A stretch of 64,000 nt of DNA from an uncultured virus (IMG/VR IMGVR_UViG_3300011258_000941) (lineage: Duplodnaviria > Heunggongvirae > Uroviricota > Caudoviricetes): IMG/VR virus record IMGVR_UViG_3300011258_000941; one strand, given 5' to 3'. Under the pieces are notes generated by a model. That model searched no databases. It was not told the origin of the DNA and was given only the letters and a program-made list of their open reading frames with translations. How positions within the stretch are numbered: the stretch's first letter is position 1; the number at the start of each line of letters is the position of its first letter. Positions 38,183-48,100 of the stretch are shown here, piece after piece. The position numbers and the translations under genes are program-made.

Positions 38183-40408
38183 ATGATTGTTGAGGCAGTG
38201 GGTAGGAACGATGTATTGGTTCGTCACCGTGATTCTAACGGTAAAAGAAAACTAACCAAGATAACAGATTACCTTCCCTATTGTTATGTCACCGACAAAT
38301 CAGCCGAATGGATTCACGCCAAGAAGACGGGTGGATTTACGGGTGTTTTTGGTGAATCAATAACTAAGGTTGAATGTTTCACGCCATACGAAGTGCGTGA
38401 TTTGGCTAAGACCGGCATAACATGGGAAGGGAATGTACCGTTCACGAATCAAGTCCTAACGGCGAGAGTCAAGGCGGGTGAGAAGCCGTTTGAACCCTAT
38501 CATCATAGGGTTTGGTATCTTGACGGTGAATGGAAAACCGACAGTGGCGAAATAACAATGCTAACTGTTTACGATAACTTTACCGATAATACTTATTCTT
38601 GGGCGGTCATGCCGAATGGTATCGCTAAGGGAAAATACAAGATGCTGATTGACGCAAATGGAAATGAATGTCACTACGATGTTCCCGTCATTGTGTTTGA
38701 TACAGAAGCGGAATTGTTGAAACACTTTACTCTTTTTATGGGAAAACAAGACCCCGACATTATCACAGGTTGGTATGTGACGGGTGCTGACATAAAGCAA
38801 ATTATTGAACGGTGTGGTAAGGTTGGTGTTCGTGCGTCTGTTATGTCTCCCCTCAACCGCTTGAGGTATGATTTCGGGGATTGGGCGCAACCCATCGTCG
38901 GTAGAAATATCATTGACTTGCGACTCGCCTTCCCTAAACTGTATGAATTGAAGAATGGTAAACTTCCTAACTACAAATTGGATGATGTTTCTTGGGAAGC
39001 ATTAGGGGAAAAGAAAACAGAATTGCCCGATGGTCACGACACATATTATTCCGACCCCGTTCTCTATCTTGAATACAACCGACAAGATGTTGCACTGTTG
39101 CCCCGACTCAATTCTTTGGTTAATGCTATTGAGTATTTTATTGCGGTTCAAGATATTGCTCAATGTGAAATACGAAGCACTCCGCACATAACTCAAGTGT
39201 TTACCTGCCTCGCTTTGAGCGACCCTAAATTCAAAAAACAATTGCCTTCCAAGCCACAATTTGACAAAGTGGATTATGATGGCGGAATCGTCATGGATGG
39301 AGAACAAGGAATCTATGACAACATAGGTATTTTTGATGTAAAGGCTATGTACCACAGCAACGCCGACCTCCACAACATATCGTGGGACACCTTGAGCGAC
39401 GGCGGTAAGGATTGTGGGAATGGTACTTGTTTCTCGCAGGATGAAAAGGGTTTGCTTGTCCGACAGATGGACAACATGACCGTCCTCCGTGACCACTACA
39501 AGGGCTTGATGCGTGACGCTAAGACGGATGCTGAACGCGTACGCTACGACGCTCTCCAATACGCTACAAAGTCCCTTGTCGCATCAATGTACGGTGTGGC
39601 GGGTGATGCTAAATACAGTCTCTATCACCCCGAAATCGCCGCCGCTATTACTTTTACCTCAAGACAAACATTGTTGAAATTGAAAGAGGTGGCCGAAGAT
39701 TTGGGTCATCCGGTAGTCTATGGACACACCGACTCGGTGATGTGTAGGGTCAAGTCACCTGCTGACGGCGAGGCTTCTTTGGCCGAAATGAATCGTCGTA
39801 TGCACCCCATCATCGTGCAGTTTGAGAAGTGGTCAAAGTCTTTTATCCTCATGCAAAAGAACCGCTATTGTGGTCTTGTGTGTTGGACTGACGGGGAGGC
39901 ACATGAACCTAAGCGTTATGTTAAGGGAATAGAATTGAAGCAATCCCGAATGCCTACGGTGATGAAATCATCAATGGGAAATGTCATTGATGGTATTCTC
40001 AACGGTCATGAAGAACACCAAGTCACCACACCTCTCGTTGGTTTGATTGAGAGTATCATTGAGGGAAAGGTAAACCCTATGGATTTGTGTATGAAGGGTA
40101 AACTTTCCCGTAATCTAAACCAATACAAGAGCGTTAGTGGTGTTGCGGCGGGCGCACAGTGGGCCAACCGTACACTCGGCAAAGGGTATCGTGCGGGTGA
40201 TTATTTCCTTGTTACGATTGACCCGAATGGGAATTATATCGCCTTTGATGACCCAACCGAAATTGAAGGTATCGTTAAAATCGGCTACCGCACAATGGTT
40301 GAACGGTTCATCATCAAGAAAGTTTTACCGTATTATGAAGTGGCTAAATGGGATGCCTCACCACTGTTTAGGGCGGTTGAGGGGAAGTCAAAGGTGGCTT
40401 GGTTATGA
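38183..40408 (+). CDS. polB: Family B DNA polymerase
   Basis: ExoI YLDGE, ExoIII YNRQD, DVKAMYHS, KSLVASMYG, YGHTDS, KNRY; TTATA 28 nt before ATG 38183. Confidence 0.93.
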   Translation: MIVEAVGRNDVLVRHRDSNGKRKLTKITDYLPYCYVTDKSAEWIHAKKTGGFTGVFGESITKVECFTPYEVRDLAKTGITWEGNVPFTNQVLTARVKAGEKPFEPYHHRVWYLDGEWKTDSGEITMLTVYDNFTDNTYSWAVMPNGIAKGKYKMLIDANGNECHYDVPVIVFDTEAELLKHFTLFMGKQDPDIITGWYVTGADIKQIIERCGKVGVRASVMSPLNRLRYDFGDWAQPIVGRNIIDLRLAFPKLYELKNGKLPNYKLDDVSWEALGEKKTELPDGHDTYYSDPVLYLEYNRQDVALLPRLNSLVNAIEYFIAVQDIAQCEIRSTPHITQVFTCLALSDPKFKKQLPSKPQFDKVDYDGGIVMDGEQGIYDNIGIFDVKAMYHSNADLHNISWDTLSDGGKDCGNGTCFSQDEKGLLVRQMDNMTVLRDHYKGLMRDAKTDAERVRYDALQYATKSLVASMYGVAGDAKYSLYHPEIAAAITFTSRQTLLKLKEVAEDLGHPVVYGHTDSVMCRVKSPADGEASLAEMNRRMHPIIVQFEKWSKSFILMQKNRYCGLVCWTDGEAHEPKRYVKGIELKQSRMPTVMKSSMGNVIDGILNGHEEHQVTTPLVGLIESIIEGKVNPMDLCMKGKLSRNLNQYKSVSGVAAGAQWANRTLGKGYRAGDYFLVTIDPNGNYIAFDDPTEIEGIVKIGYRTMVERFIIKKVLPYYEVAKWDASPLFRAVEGKSKVAWL

Positions 40409-41406
40409 GATTGTTTGAAGGCGATTGCTTGAGCGTATTGAAAGGACTTCCCGATAACTCGGTTGATTCTATCGTGACTGACCCACCATACGGACTTTCT
40501 TTTATGGGCAAGAAATGGGACTACGAGGTTCCCTCGGTGAAGATATGGCGTGAATGCCTCCGTGTGTTGAAATCCGGTGGACACCTGCTGGCCTTTGCTG
40601 GTTCTCGCACATATCACCGCATGGCTGTGAACATTGAGGACGCTGGCTTTGAGATTCGTGACCAAATCATGTGGGTCTATGGTTCGGGCTTCCCGAAGTC
40701 GCACAACATCAGCAAAGCGATAGACAAGGCCGCAGGTGCGGAACGAGAAGTGATAGGAGAAAGGGTTGTGAGAGGGTTGAATAGCGGGCATTTGAATACA
40801 AGCGGTGGTTCATTAGTCGGGAGTGTGGTTGAAGATAAGGTTTCAAACATCACGAAACCCGCCACACCCGAAGCCCAACAATGGGAGGGTTGGGGTTCAG
40901 CCCTCAAACCCGCCCATGAGCCTATCGTGGTCGCCCGTAAGCCCCTCATCGGCACTATCGTTGAGAATGTGCTTGAGCATGGGACGGGTGGCTTGAACAT
41001 TGATGAAAGCCGAACAGAAGGTGGTCGCTTCCCCGCCAATTTCATTCACGATGGCTCGGATGAAGTCGTGAGCCTGTTTCCCGAATCAGCCCGATTCTTT
41101 TACTGCGCTAAGGCGAGCCAACAAGAGAAACATTTGGGGCTTGAGGGTGAGGACTTAAACATACACCCAACTGTCAAACCTGTGGACTTGATGAAATACC
41201 TTTGTCGTTTGGTCACGCCACCGGAAGGTCTTGTGCTTGACCCATTCATGGGAAGCGGGACTACGGGCATAGCCGCCAAGGTTGAAGGGTTTGATTTTAT
41301 CGGAATAGAAATGGATGCCGAATACCTTGAGATTGCAGAAGCCCGAATCGGACATTGGGTTGAGGAAGTGGAGACTACCTACAAGTCGCTTTACGAATGG
41401 GTTTAA
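40405..41406 (+). CDS. Beta-class N6-adenine DNA methyltransferase (DPPY)
   Basis: TDPPY, HPTVKP, DPFMGSGTT. Confidence 0.92.
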   Translation: MRLFEGDCLSVLKGLPDNSVDSIVTDPPYGLSFMGKKWDYEVPSVKIWRECLRVLKSGGHLLAFAGSRTYHRMAVNIEDAGFEIRDQIMWVYGSGFPKSHNISKAIDKAAGAEREVIGERVVRGLNSGHLNTSGGSLVGSVVEDKVSNITKPATPEAQQWEGWGSALKPAHEPIVVARKPLIGTIVENVLEHGTGGLNIDESRTEGGRFPANFIHDGSDEVVSLFPESARFFYCAKASQQEKHLGLEGEDLNIHPTVKPVDLMKYLCRLVTPPEGLVLDPFMGSGTTGIAAKVEGFDFIGIEMDAEYLEIAEARIGHWVEEVETTYKSLYEWV

Positions 41407-41449
41407 ACACCTTTATATCCTGTGTCGTAGTGGTTAGGAATGAAGGGAT

Positions 41450-41761
41450 ATGTCCAACGGTGTTCGTCCAATGAAAAAAATGAGCCAAAACCAATTGACG
41501 CAAGCATTGGTTGAATTAAACTCACGCCTACACGGTCTTTCAATGGCCGTTAGCAACGATATGCAACGACTCAACATTCTTATGTTCACTTTGTTGAAGG
41601 ACTTGGGTAAGGCTGATGAGAAGACTTGTCCCGAATGTGAGACAGTGAATATGCGACCTATTCTTGACGGAATAGAAGTTAATCCTATGTGTGTTGAATG
41701 TGGCGCACGAATTGACCCACTTCCCGAATCAGCGTTTCAAGGAAACCTTGAGGAAGAATGA
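41450..41761 (+). CDS. Coiled-coil plus Zn-ribbon protein
   Basis: CPEC...CVEC. Confidence 0.65.
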   Translation: MSNGVRPMKKMSQNQLTQALVELNSRLHGLSMAVSNDMQRLNILMFTLLKDLGKADEKTCPECETVNMRPILDGIEVNPMCVECGARIDPLPESAFQGNLEEE

Positions 41762-41795
41762 AACTTTTAAACAACAACAAATTGGTGGTTAATAT

Positions 41796-42059
41796 ATGCG
41801 TCAAATTGTAGGCTCACAAAAAATTGAAGATTTAGAGGCGGCTGTTAAGGAATACGGCGGCGAAAATGTGTATTGGCTTTCGGACAGTACGAGCGAAAGG
41901 GTGGCTATGCGAGCAGGACTTCCTCGCAACCATATTCTTTCAATTCAAAATCTTCAAAGTATGAAGAATGCGCTTGAATTGCTCGGTGAAGGGTGGGCTG
42001 AATACAAGGTTACTTCTAAGCCAAAACCAAAGGCAAAGAAGGCTGAAAAGTCCGAGTAG
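41796..42059 (+). CDS. Hypothetical protein with basic tail
   Basis: Own TTTTAAA promoter, leaderless. Confidence 0.7.
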   Translation: MRQIVGSQKIEDLEAAVKEYGGENVYWLSDSTSERVAMRAGLPRNHILSIQNLQSMKNALELLGEGWAEYKVTSKPKPKAKKAEKSE

Positions 42060-42093
42060 TAAGGTTTATAAGCCCTCAAACCTATGGTAAAAC

Positions 42094-43008
42094 ATGGGCG
42101 AGAAGAAGCGGTCAGTGTATGACCCAACCAAAGTTACGGATGAATTAGTGCTACGCGTTAGCAAGTCGTCGTACACACAGTATGCTATGTGTCCCCGTCA
42201 GTATTGGTGGAATAAGATTGCACTTCCCGACATGGACATTCCTTCAAGTGATGCCGCTATTCGTGGTACTGCGATACATCAAGTCATGGAAGATGGACTG
42301 CGTGAGGTTTCCGAGAATAAGAAGGCAAACATTGTTCACTCAATCAACAGCGATTTGTCCGTTGTGTTTGACCGACACGCAATCGCTCAAGGTGTTCAAA
42401 GTGAAGCCGGTGTTGATGCCCTCCGTGAAATCCTTGAATCGGTTGCTGAGGATTGGGGTCACATTGAAATCGTTGAATTAGAAGACAAGCATGTTATTCC
42501 TTCAACGGTTGAAGTCCTCATTGACAACGAAGCGGGTGATGGTGCGGAAACCATCGTTTATCCCGTTGAGTTTGTCGGTATGATTGACGGTGTGTTCCGT
42601 CATCCCGATGGACACCTTGTTGTGGTTGAATTGAAGACAGGGAATGCTAACCAAAGTAAACTTTCACGGACAAGAGGTGAATTGTGCTTTTATCGTAAAC
42701 TTCTTATGTTGGCCGGATATGACGAACCTACTCACTTCTTGACCATCTTCCCCGATGCGGATAATCCCGAATTTCTTCTCAAGATGATGGAGAAGCGTAA
42801 CTGCGAGACATACATTGGAGACTTCATGGGTGTTGCTATTTACGAGAAGGTTGGGAAAAGAAGTATCACCGCTATGGAGAAAAAGTTAAGCAACAGTGTT
42901 CATGGTATTATGACCCAAGAATGGCCGATGAAGTGGAATGACTACTTTTGTACCCAATGGTGTGAGTTCCACTTATCATGCAACGAAGAATTGATAGGAG
43001 TTAATTAG
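42094..43008 (+). CDS. Cas4-like PD-(D/E)XK exonuclease with Fe-S cysteines
   Basis: CPRQY, GTAIH, GMIDG, VELKTG, CTQWCEFHLSC. Confidence 0.85.
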   Translation: MGEKKRSVYDPTKVTDELVLRVSKSSYTQYAMCPRQYWWNKIALPDMDIPSSDAAIRGTAIHQVMEDGLREVSENKKANIVHSINSDLSVVFDRHAIAQGVQSEAGVDALREILESVAEDWGHIEIVELEDKHVIPSTVEVLIDNEAGDGAETIVYPVEFVGMIDGVFRHPDGHLVVVELKTGNANQSKLSRTRGELCFYRKLLMLAGYDEPTHFLTIFPDADNPEFLLKMMEKRNCETYIGDFMGVAIYEKVGKRSITAMEKKLSNSVHGIMTQEWPMKWNDYFCTQWCEFHLSCNEELIGVN

Positions 43009-43009
43009 A

Positions 43010-43153
43010 ATGAGTAAAGGATGCGAGAAGTGTGACAGTGGTAACATTGTTGTTGAAGTGATGTGGAGCGTTACCGGACAAGAAGGCCATGTCCCCTCAC
43101 AAATAGATGTATTCAATTGTAGAGGTTGTGGACACCGATGGACGGTAAAGTAA
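43010..43153 (+). CDS. Zn-ribbon microprotein (47 aa), TFS/Rpb9 C-ribbon-like
   Basis: CEKC...VFNCRGCGHRW; AGGAG RBS. Confidence 0.6.
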   Translation: MSKGCEKCDSGNIVVEVMWSVTGQEGHVPSQIDVFNCRGCGHRWTVK

Positions 43154-44154
43154 AACTATTCCCAATGCCTCGTGAAATTGGCTTGAAGCGAGTCATGTGT
43201 AAAGACAGAAACCAAGCCACAAAGTATATTGCTAAACTTAACGGTAAAAGTAATCTATACACATCGTTGTATTCCTTTCGTGATACAGACCACACGGCTT
43301 CGTGGAAGTTTGATACGACGACAGCCATAATTGATAGAGCATGGTGGGACTTTGACGCTGGTGAACGGGGAGGCATTGAAGAGGTCAAACGCGATGTTCG
43401 TGAATTGCTCACCCGCTTACAAGGTGATGTACGGGTCGTTGCGACGGGTCGTGGATTTCATGTTCATCAATTATTCAAGCGAGCAGTTATGGGAGCATCT
43501 TTTCATAATCATTTGGCCCGATACCAAAGAAGAATGAGCGACGGGTTGAAGACTCTTGACGGCTTCGCTTTTCCCGCAAAACTAACTCGTATTCCTAACA
43601 CATACAATGTCACCCGAAAGCGTTGGGCGGTTGTAATACCTTCCGAGCATATGATGGACGATGATTTCCAAATCCCCAAAAGCCCTGTCAAGGAATGGGA
43701 AGAACATTGTCCGTTCTTTGGTAAACCAAACGAAAGCGATTTTGACTTTGTTCTTTGGGTGAACAGCAATCCCGAACCAAAGGTTGAGTTACACAAGTTT
43801 ACCGGAGAAGTGGGTTTGGCCGGTGATGTACCAATCATGCCTTGTTTGGAAAAGGCGGTAAAGGCCGACAACCCACCTCACGCTATACGGGTTGCTCTTG
43901 TTCAACATATGTCACAAGAACTGCGATGGTTCGCTGACCCCAAGAGCCTAAGCCAAGAACAGAAGGTGGAAATTGAAAACACAATTTTTGATTACCTTAA
44001 AAGTCTTAATTGGTCAAATTGGAACGAGTACCGAAGTCGTCAAGGAATACGAAGTACGATTGGGTACGGTAATGCTCCTTCCTGCCGATGGTTCAACCTG
44101 CGTGGTATGTGTGCGGGCAAATGTTGGCGTTATGATGGAACGATAGGTGATTGA
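43138..44154 (+). CDS. Archaeo-eukaryotic primase, PriS-PriL fusion
   Basis: WWDFD, TGRGFHVH, LTRIPNT; C-terminal MPCL...H..R...PSC..C..C PriL Fe-S-like domain. Confidence 0.88.
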   Translation: MDGKVKLFPMPREIGLKRVMCKDRNQATKYIAKLNGKSNLYTSLYSFRDTDHTASWKFDTTTAIIDRAWWDFDAGERGGIEEVKRDVRELLTRLQGDVRVVATGRGFHVHQLFKRAVMGASFHNHLARYQRRMSDGLKTLDGFAFPAKLTRIPNTYNVTRKRWAVVIPSEHMMDDDFQIPKSPVKEWEEHCPFFGKPNESDFDFVLWVNSNPEPKVELHKFTGEVGLAGDVPIMPCLEKAVKADNPPHAIRVALVQHMSQELRWFADPKSLSQEQKVEIENTIFDYLKSLNWSNWNEYRSRQGIRSTIGYGNAPSCRWFNLRGMCAGKCWRYDGTIGD

Positions 44155-44434
44155 TATGGAGACTAAACCACACATTGTAGATGTTATTTTTAAAATTATT
44201 ATGTTTCCGTATTATTCGCTCGTTATGGGATTACAGTTTCTATGTTTGCTAATAAGTCCATTTTTATTTTTGGCGGCTATGTATTCAATACCCATTGACA
44301 TCTTGCTATTCCCCTTCGTTAAGAAAAAGTGGGGAGCAACTAAGTGGGTGTATGAAGACTTGTTCATGCTGATTTGGGACTCCACGATTAGGGACATTAA
44401 AGAAATCAATCAATGGTACGACACGATATATTGA
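44147..44434 (+). CDS. Membrane protein
   Basis: Long hydrophobic stretch. Confidence 0.6.
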   Translation: MIDMETKPHIVDVIFKIIMFPYYSLVMGLQFLCLLISPFLFLAAMYSIPIDILLFPFVKKKWGATKWVYEDLFMLIWDSTIRDIKEINQWYDTIY

Positions 44435-44459
44435 TAAAACGAAGTACCAATTCACCACC

Positions 44460-45176
44460 ATGCTTCTCATAGACCATCGGGAAAACGACAAATTGATTCA
44501 TAAATTACTCGTAAAGTTAGGTGACGCTGACAAGAACCCAAAGGGACAGGCTCGCATTCTTCAATTGAAAAGTGGAGATTATGTGCTTGGTGATTGGGGA
44601 ATTGAGGCAAAAGAAATCAATGACCTTTACCGTAGTATTCTTGGGATTGGGAGAAGCCGAACCATCGTTGGTCAATTGAATGATTTGTGCGAGAAGTTTG
44701 AAAAGCCATTTCTTGTAGTTTACAATACGGAATTGAAACCGTGGTTCCACGGTCGCCGCCCATCAGCAAGAGAAGTTTCCGATGAGCGAAGGAAAATGTT
44801 GGCCGTCATCAATTCGTTTAAGATGACAATGCACCACCGATTTCCCAACCTACACTTCCTCCAATTGACTACTATGGATGATTTCGTGGAATGGCTCTAC
44901 ACCAATCACCGACAAAATGTTATCGCAAAAATAAAACCACCAAAGGCACACGAGCCGGAGCAGGTTGTCATTGAAGAAACTGATGACCGCATCAAAGCGT
45001 TGATGGGTTGCGGAATCTTGAGAGAACAAGCCGTTGCACTTCTTCAACACTACGGCTCCCTTTCTTGCCTCCTACAAAAGAAAACACGACAAAAAGAAAT
45101 GGTAAAAGTAAGTGGTATTAAAAACAAGCAAGCCAAGCGTGTATTATCTTTAAGGAAAGACTTTACTCATCAGTAA
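44460..45176 (+). CDS. ERCC4/XPF-family nuclease with HhH (putative resolvase)
   Basis: LIDHRE, GDY, IEAKEINDL, C-terminal HhH (VSGIKNKQA). Confidence 0.85.
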   Translation: MLLIDHRENDKLIHKLLVKLGDADKNPKGQARILQLKSGDYVLGDWGIEAKEINDLYRSILGIGRSRTIVGQLNDLCEKFEKPFLVVYNTELKPWFHGRRPSAREVSDERRKMLAVINSFKMTMHHRFPNLHFLQLTTMDDFVEWLYTNHRQNVIAKIKPPKAHEPEQVVIEETDDRIKALMGCGILREQAVALLQHYGSLSCLLQKKTRQKEMVKVSGIKNKQAKRVLSLRKDFTHQ

Positions 45177-48100
45177 GGTTTGAATCCTAATGAAGATGTT
45201 CCACTTCCAAACACACTGAACCGTTGGAAATTGACCGAAAGGTTGTGTAGGATAAGGGACGAGAAACTTGCGTCGTCGTCGCCCGTTGCCGGTGTACGCT
45301 TCATAGTGACCTTGATGGTGTTCCCTTGCGTAGAAGCACCGTTTAAAGCGGAGGAAACGATAGGGAATGCTTCTCGCTCCGCATCCCCACTTAGATTTAT
45401 TGTTCTCGTGATGCTTGCCCCTGTCTCAACACATTCAATCGTGGCTGTTATGACGGCCTTTGTAGTACCGTCACCACCAAGAGAGTAATACCCTGCAACA
45501 CCGAACATTTCATTGGCTACATCGTCAGGTACTTTTACCGTTATACTATGTGTCTGTGTGTAGCGGTCGCTTGATTCGGGATTGACAATTCCTGTGAACA
45601 CCATACCTTCGCTTGAAATAGTTGATGTTCCCGATGTTGGTTGTTGGTTGTCACCGATACCATCAACGGCTCGTTGGGTGTTCAAAGGTGGCGGGGTTCT
45701 CTTTTGTCCAAGTATGCCGAAGTTTGAACCGGAGACACCCATTTCTAAAAAGTCCATGCGACCGTTCATGTTTCCATAAGAAGTGGAAGACATACTGTTG
45801 GCCGTACTCTTTTTGAGGAATGCTCCCCCAATATCGGGGTTTTTCGCTCCTTCGGGAATAGATACATCGGGCGTACTCGTGCCTTCCGGCTTTTGTGGTG
45901 GCGGTAGCGGGCCGGGATTTCGGGGTCTTGGTTTAAAGCCACTACTACCCCCACCAACAGAACCACTTGATGCTTGTTGTCCACGACCACGAGAAACAGA
46001 CGGGTAAAGATAACCTGCTAACCCTCCGGCATCCTTTGTTTGGTCACGCTCAAGTGCAAGATTAACGGATTCAATATCGCGCCCATCAACCCGCCAATCA
46101 ATTCGTGTGATAACCATAGGTTCGGAAGTAAGACCCAATCCGCTATCGCTGAATGTGACTGTTGTAGCAGGTCGCCATCGCAAGTCTTCAACGATGTGTA
46201 GGCGAGGCGCATACCACCCCGCCCTAATACCCATGAGTCCCGACATATTATCGTACTTCCTTGCACCGAGAGGGAAGATGCTATCGGCGTTGGTTGCTGC
46301 CCATGCACTCGGCCCGAAGTCTGTTATGTTGTGTGCGTTGTGTAGAATACCGGAAGCCGAAGGGTCGCCGCATCGGTGATACAGCAAAGCCTTTAGGTAA
46401 TCTACATTTACCGAAAGAGTAAATTTAGCACCGGAAGGTTTGCCCGACCAATATGTTGAAGGAATATCAATTTCATAAAACCCATTTCGGCTTACATTTA
46501 ACGCTATATGCGAATCATCGCTTGCCTCAAAAGTCGGGGAATAAGTGCTTGTTCCTCCTGTGTAATTTGTAAACGAAGATACTCCCGTATTGAATGACAT
46601 ATCCGTTAGCCCAATAGTAAATTCAGCGTTTTCAATATCTGTTCCCGATTGCCCGTCTTTCAAAGCAACCCAAACTCTCAATTCATTTCCGTCGCCGTCG
46701 CTAACCAAAGGACAACCGCTTGGTATGTTCACCACTTGAACGGCGTGACTAACGCTCGCCGCACCAACCCACCAATAATTATTGTAATACTGTTCTGTTT
46801 GGTCGGCGGCGGTTCCGGTTGCCGAAATGAACCCCTTACCGAATCGGTCACGATAAAATGCGTCACTACCTGTTTGCCTTCCCATGTTTCCATCTAAAGC
46901 GTTTGTCATTCCCGACATAAATGTTCCTTGTGTGGATGCCCATGTGTGGTTATTTGCCGCCGTTACTGCGGCGTAGGAAGGGCCAAGTACCACTTGTTGA
47001 GCAACACCTCGCTCACCATGTCGGGTCGGGTCAGCGATATATCCGTAGCGTCCTTTGTCAAGCATTTTATCATCATGGGTTAAGTCACGAAGGACTTCAC
47101 CTTTGATTTTTATTGCTTTAGTTTTAGCCTTGTAGTATTCTTCTTTGGCTACACTTAGTGCTTCATCCGCAAAAGTAATTTCCGGCACTTCAACAATTTT
47201 CCATCGGTAGGTTTGGTTAAGTGTTGGTTCGGGGAAGTCACTAAAAGATGAACCGTTGTTATAGTAAACACGAACATTTGTAATCTGTCCCGACATTTGA
47301 GCATCAAGATTTGAAACCGAAAGGATATCGCGATTGACAACCTCACCACTGTTGTATGTTGGTCGGATTTCTAACTTGTTGTCTCTTCCGACTTGGTAGG
47401 TTATAGGCAATCGCTTACTATTCTCATATCCAAATCCGGTAGCCTCAACCGATTCACGAAGGATTGAGAACATAGACTTTCCACCTCTCGCATCGTAGGC
47501 TGTTCCGAATGAATCAAAATTTGCGTTGGTTCCATCGGTAGTCATGTTGTTTGTCATAGGGATTGAGCCAATATCAAACCATGAAGAAATTGAGGATTGG
47601 GCGAGCCATGTCTTAGACAAGTTTAGTGACCAAAGGAAGCGGGCTTTGTCGCTCATCCAATAAGTACCAATGTTAGGGGAAACTACATTACCTTCAATGT
47701 TCATCATAAACCTAAGAGCGTATCGTGGACTTATACTTCCGACAATAATAACTTCATCAAACGCACCTGCGGTCGTTGTTGCTCCCGATGAGGTTATGTC
47801 AATTTCCACTGTTGAACCATTAGCCTTACGGGTAGGGTCTAAAAGAATGCCCTGCAAAAGAGTTTCCGCTTGTTCAACACTGTTAATTCCTGTTTCGGGA
47901 AGTATGTAAACACCGTACAATTGCTGAGGGATGCTGATGCTATCACCGATTTGAACATCTTGTCTTGTGCTACCTGTTTCTGCTCCTGCTACGCTATCAT
48001 CAACAACAATTGTTGTTGCTGTCAAAGAAGTAATTTGTGCTACCCATTTAGCGGTCACATTTCTAACTCTCATACCTACTTTTACGCCATCATTAACAAA

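Noticed and set aside
42094..43008. CRISPR-Cas system implied by the Cas4-like gene
   Set aside because: Solo Cas4-like nucleases are common in viral replication modules; no cas1/cas2 or array is present.
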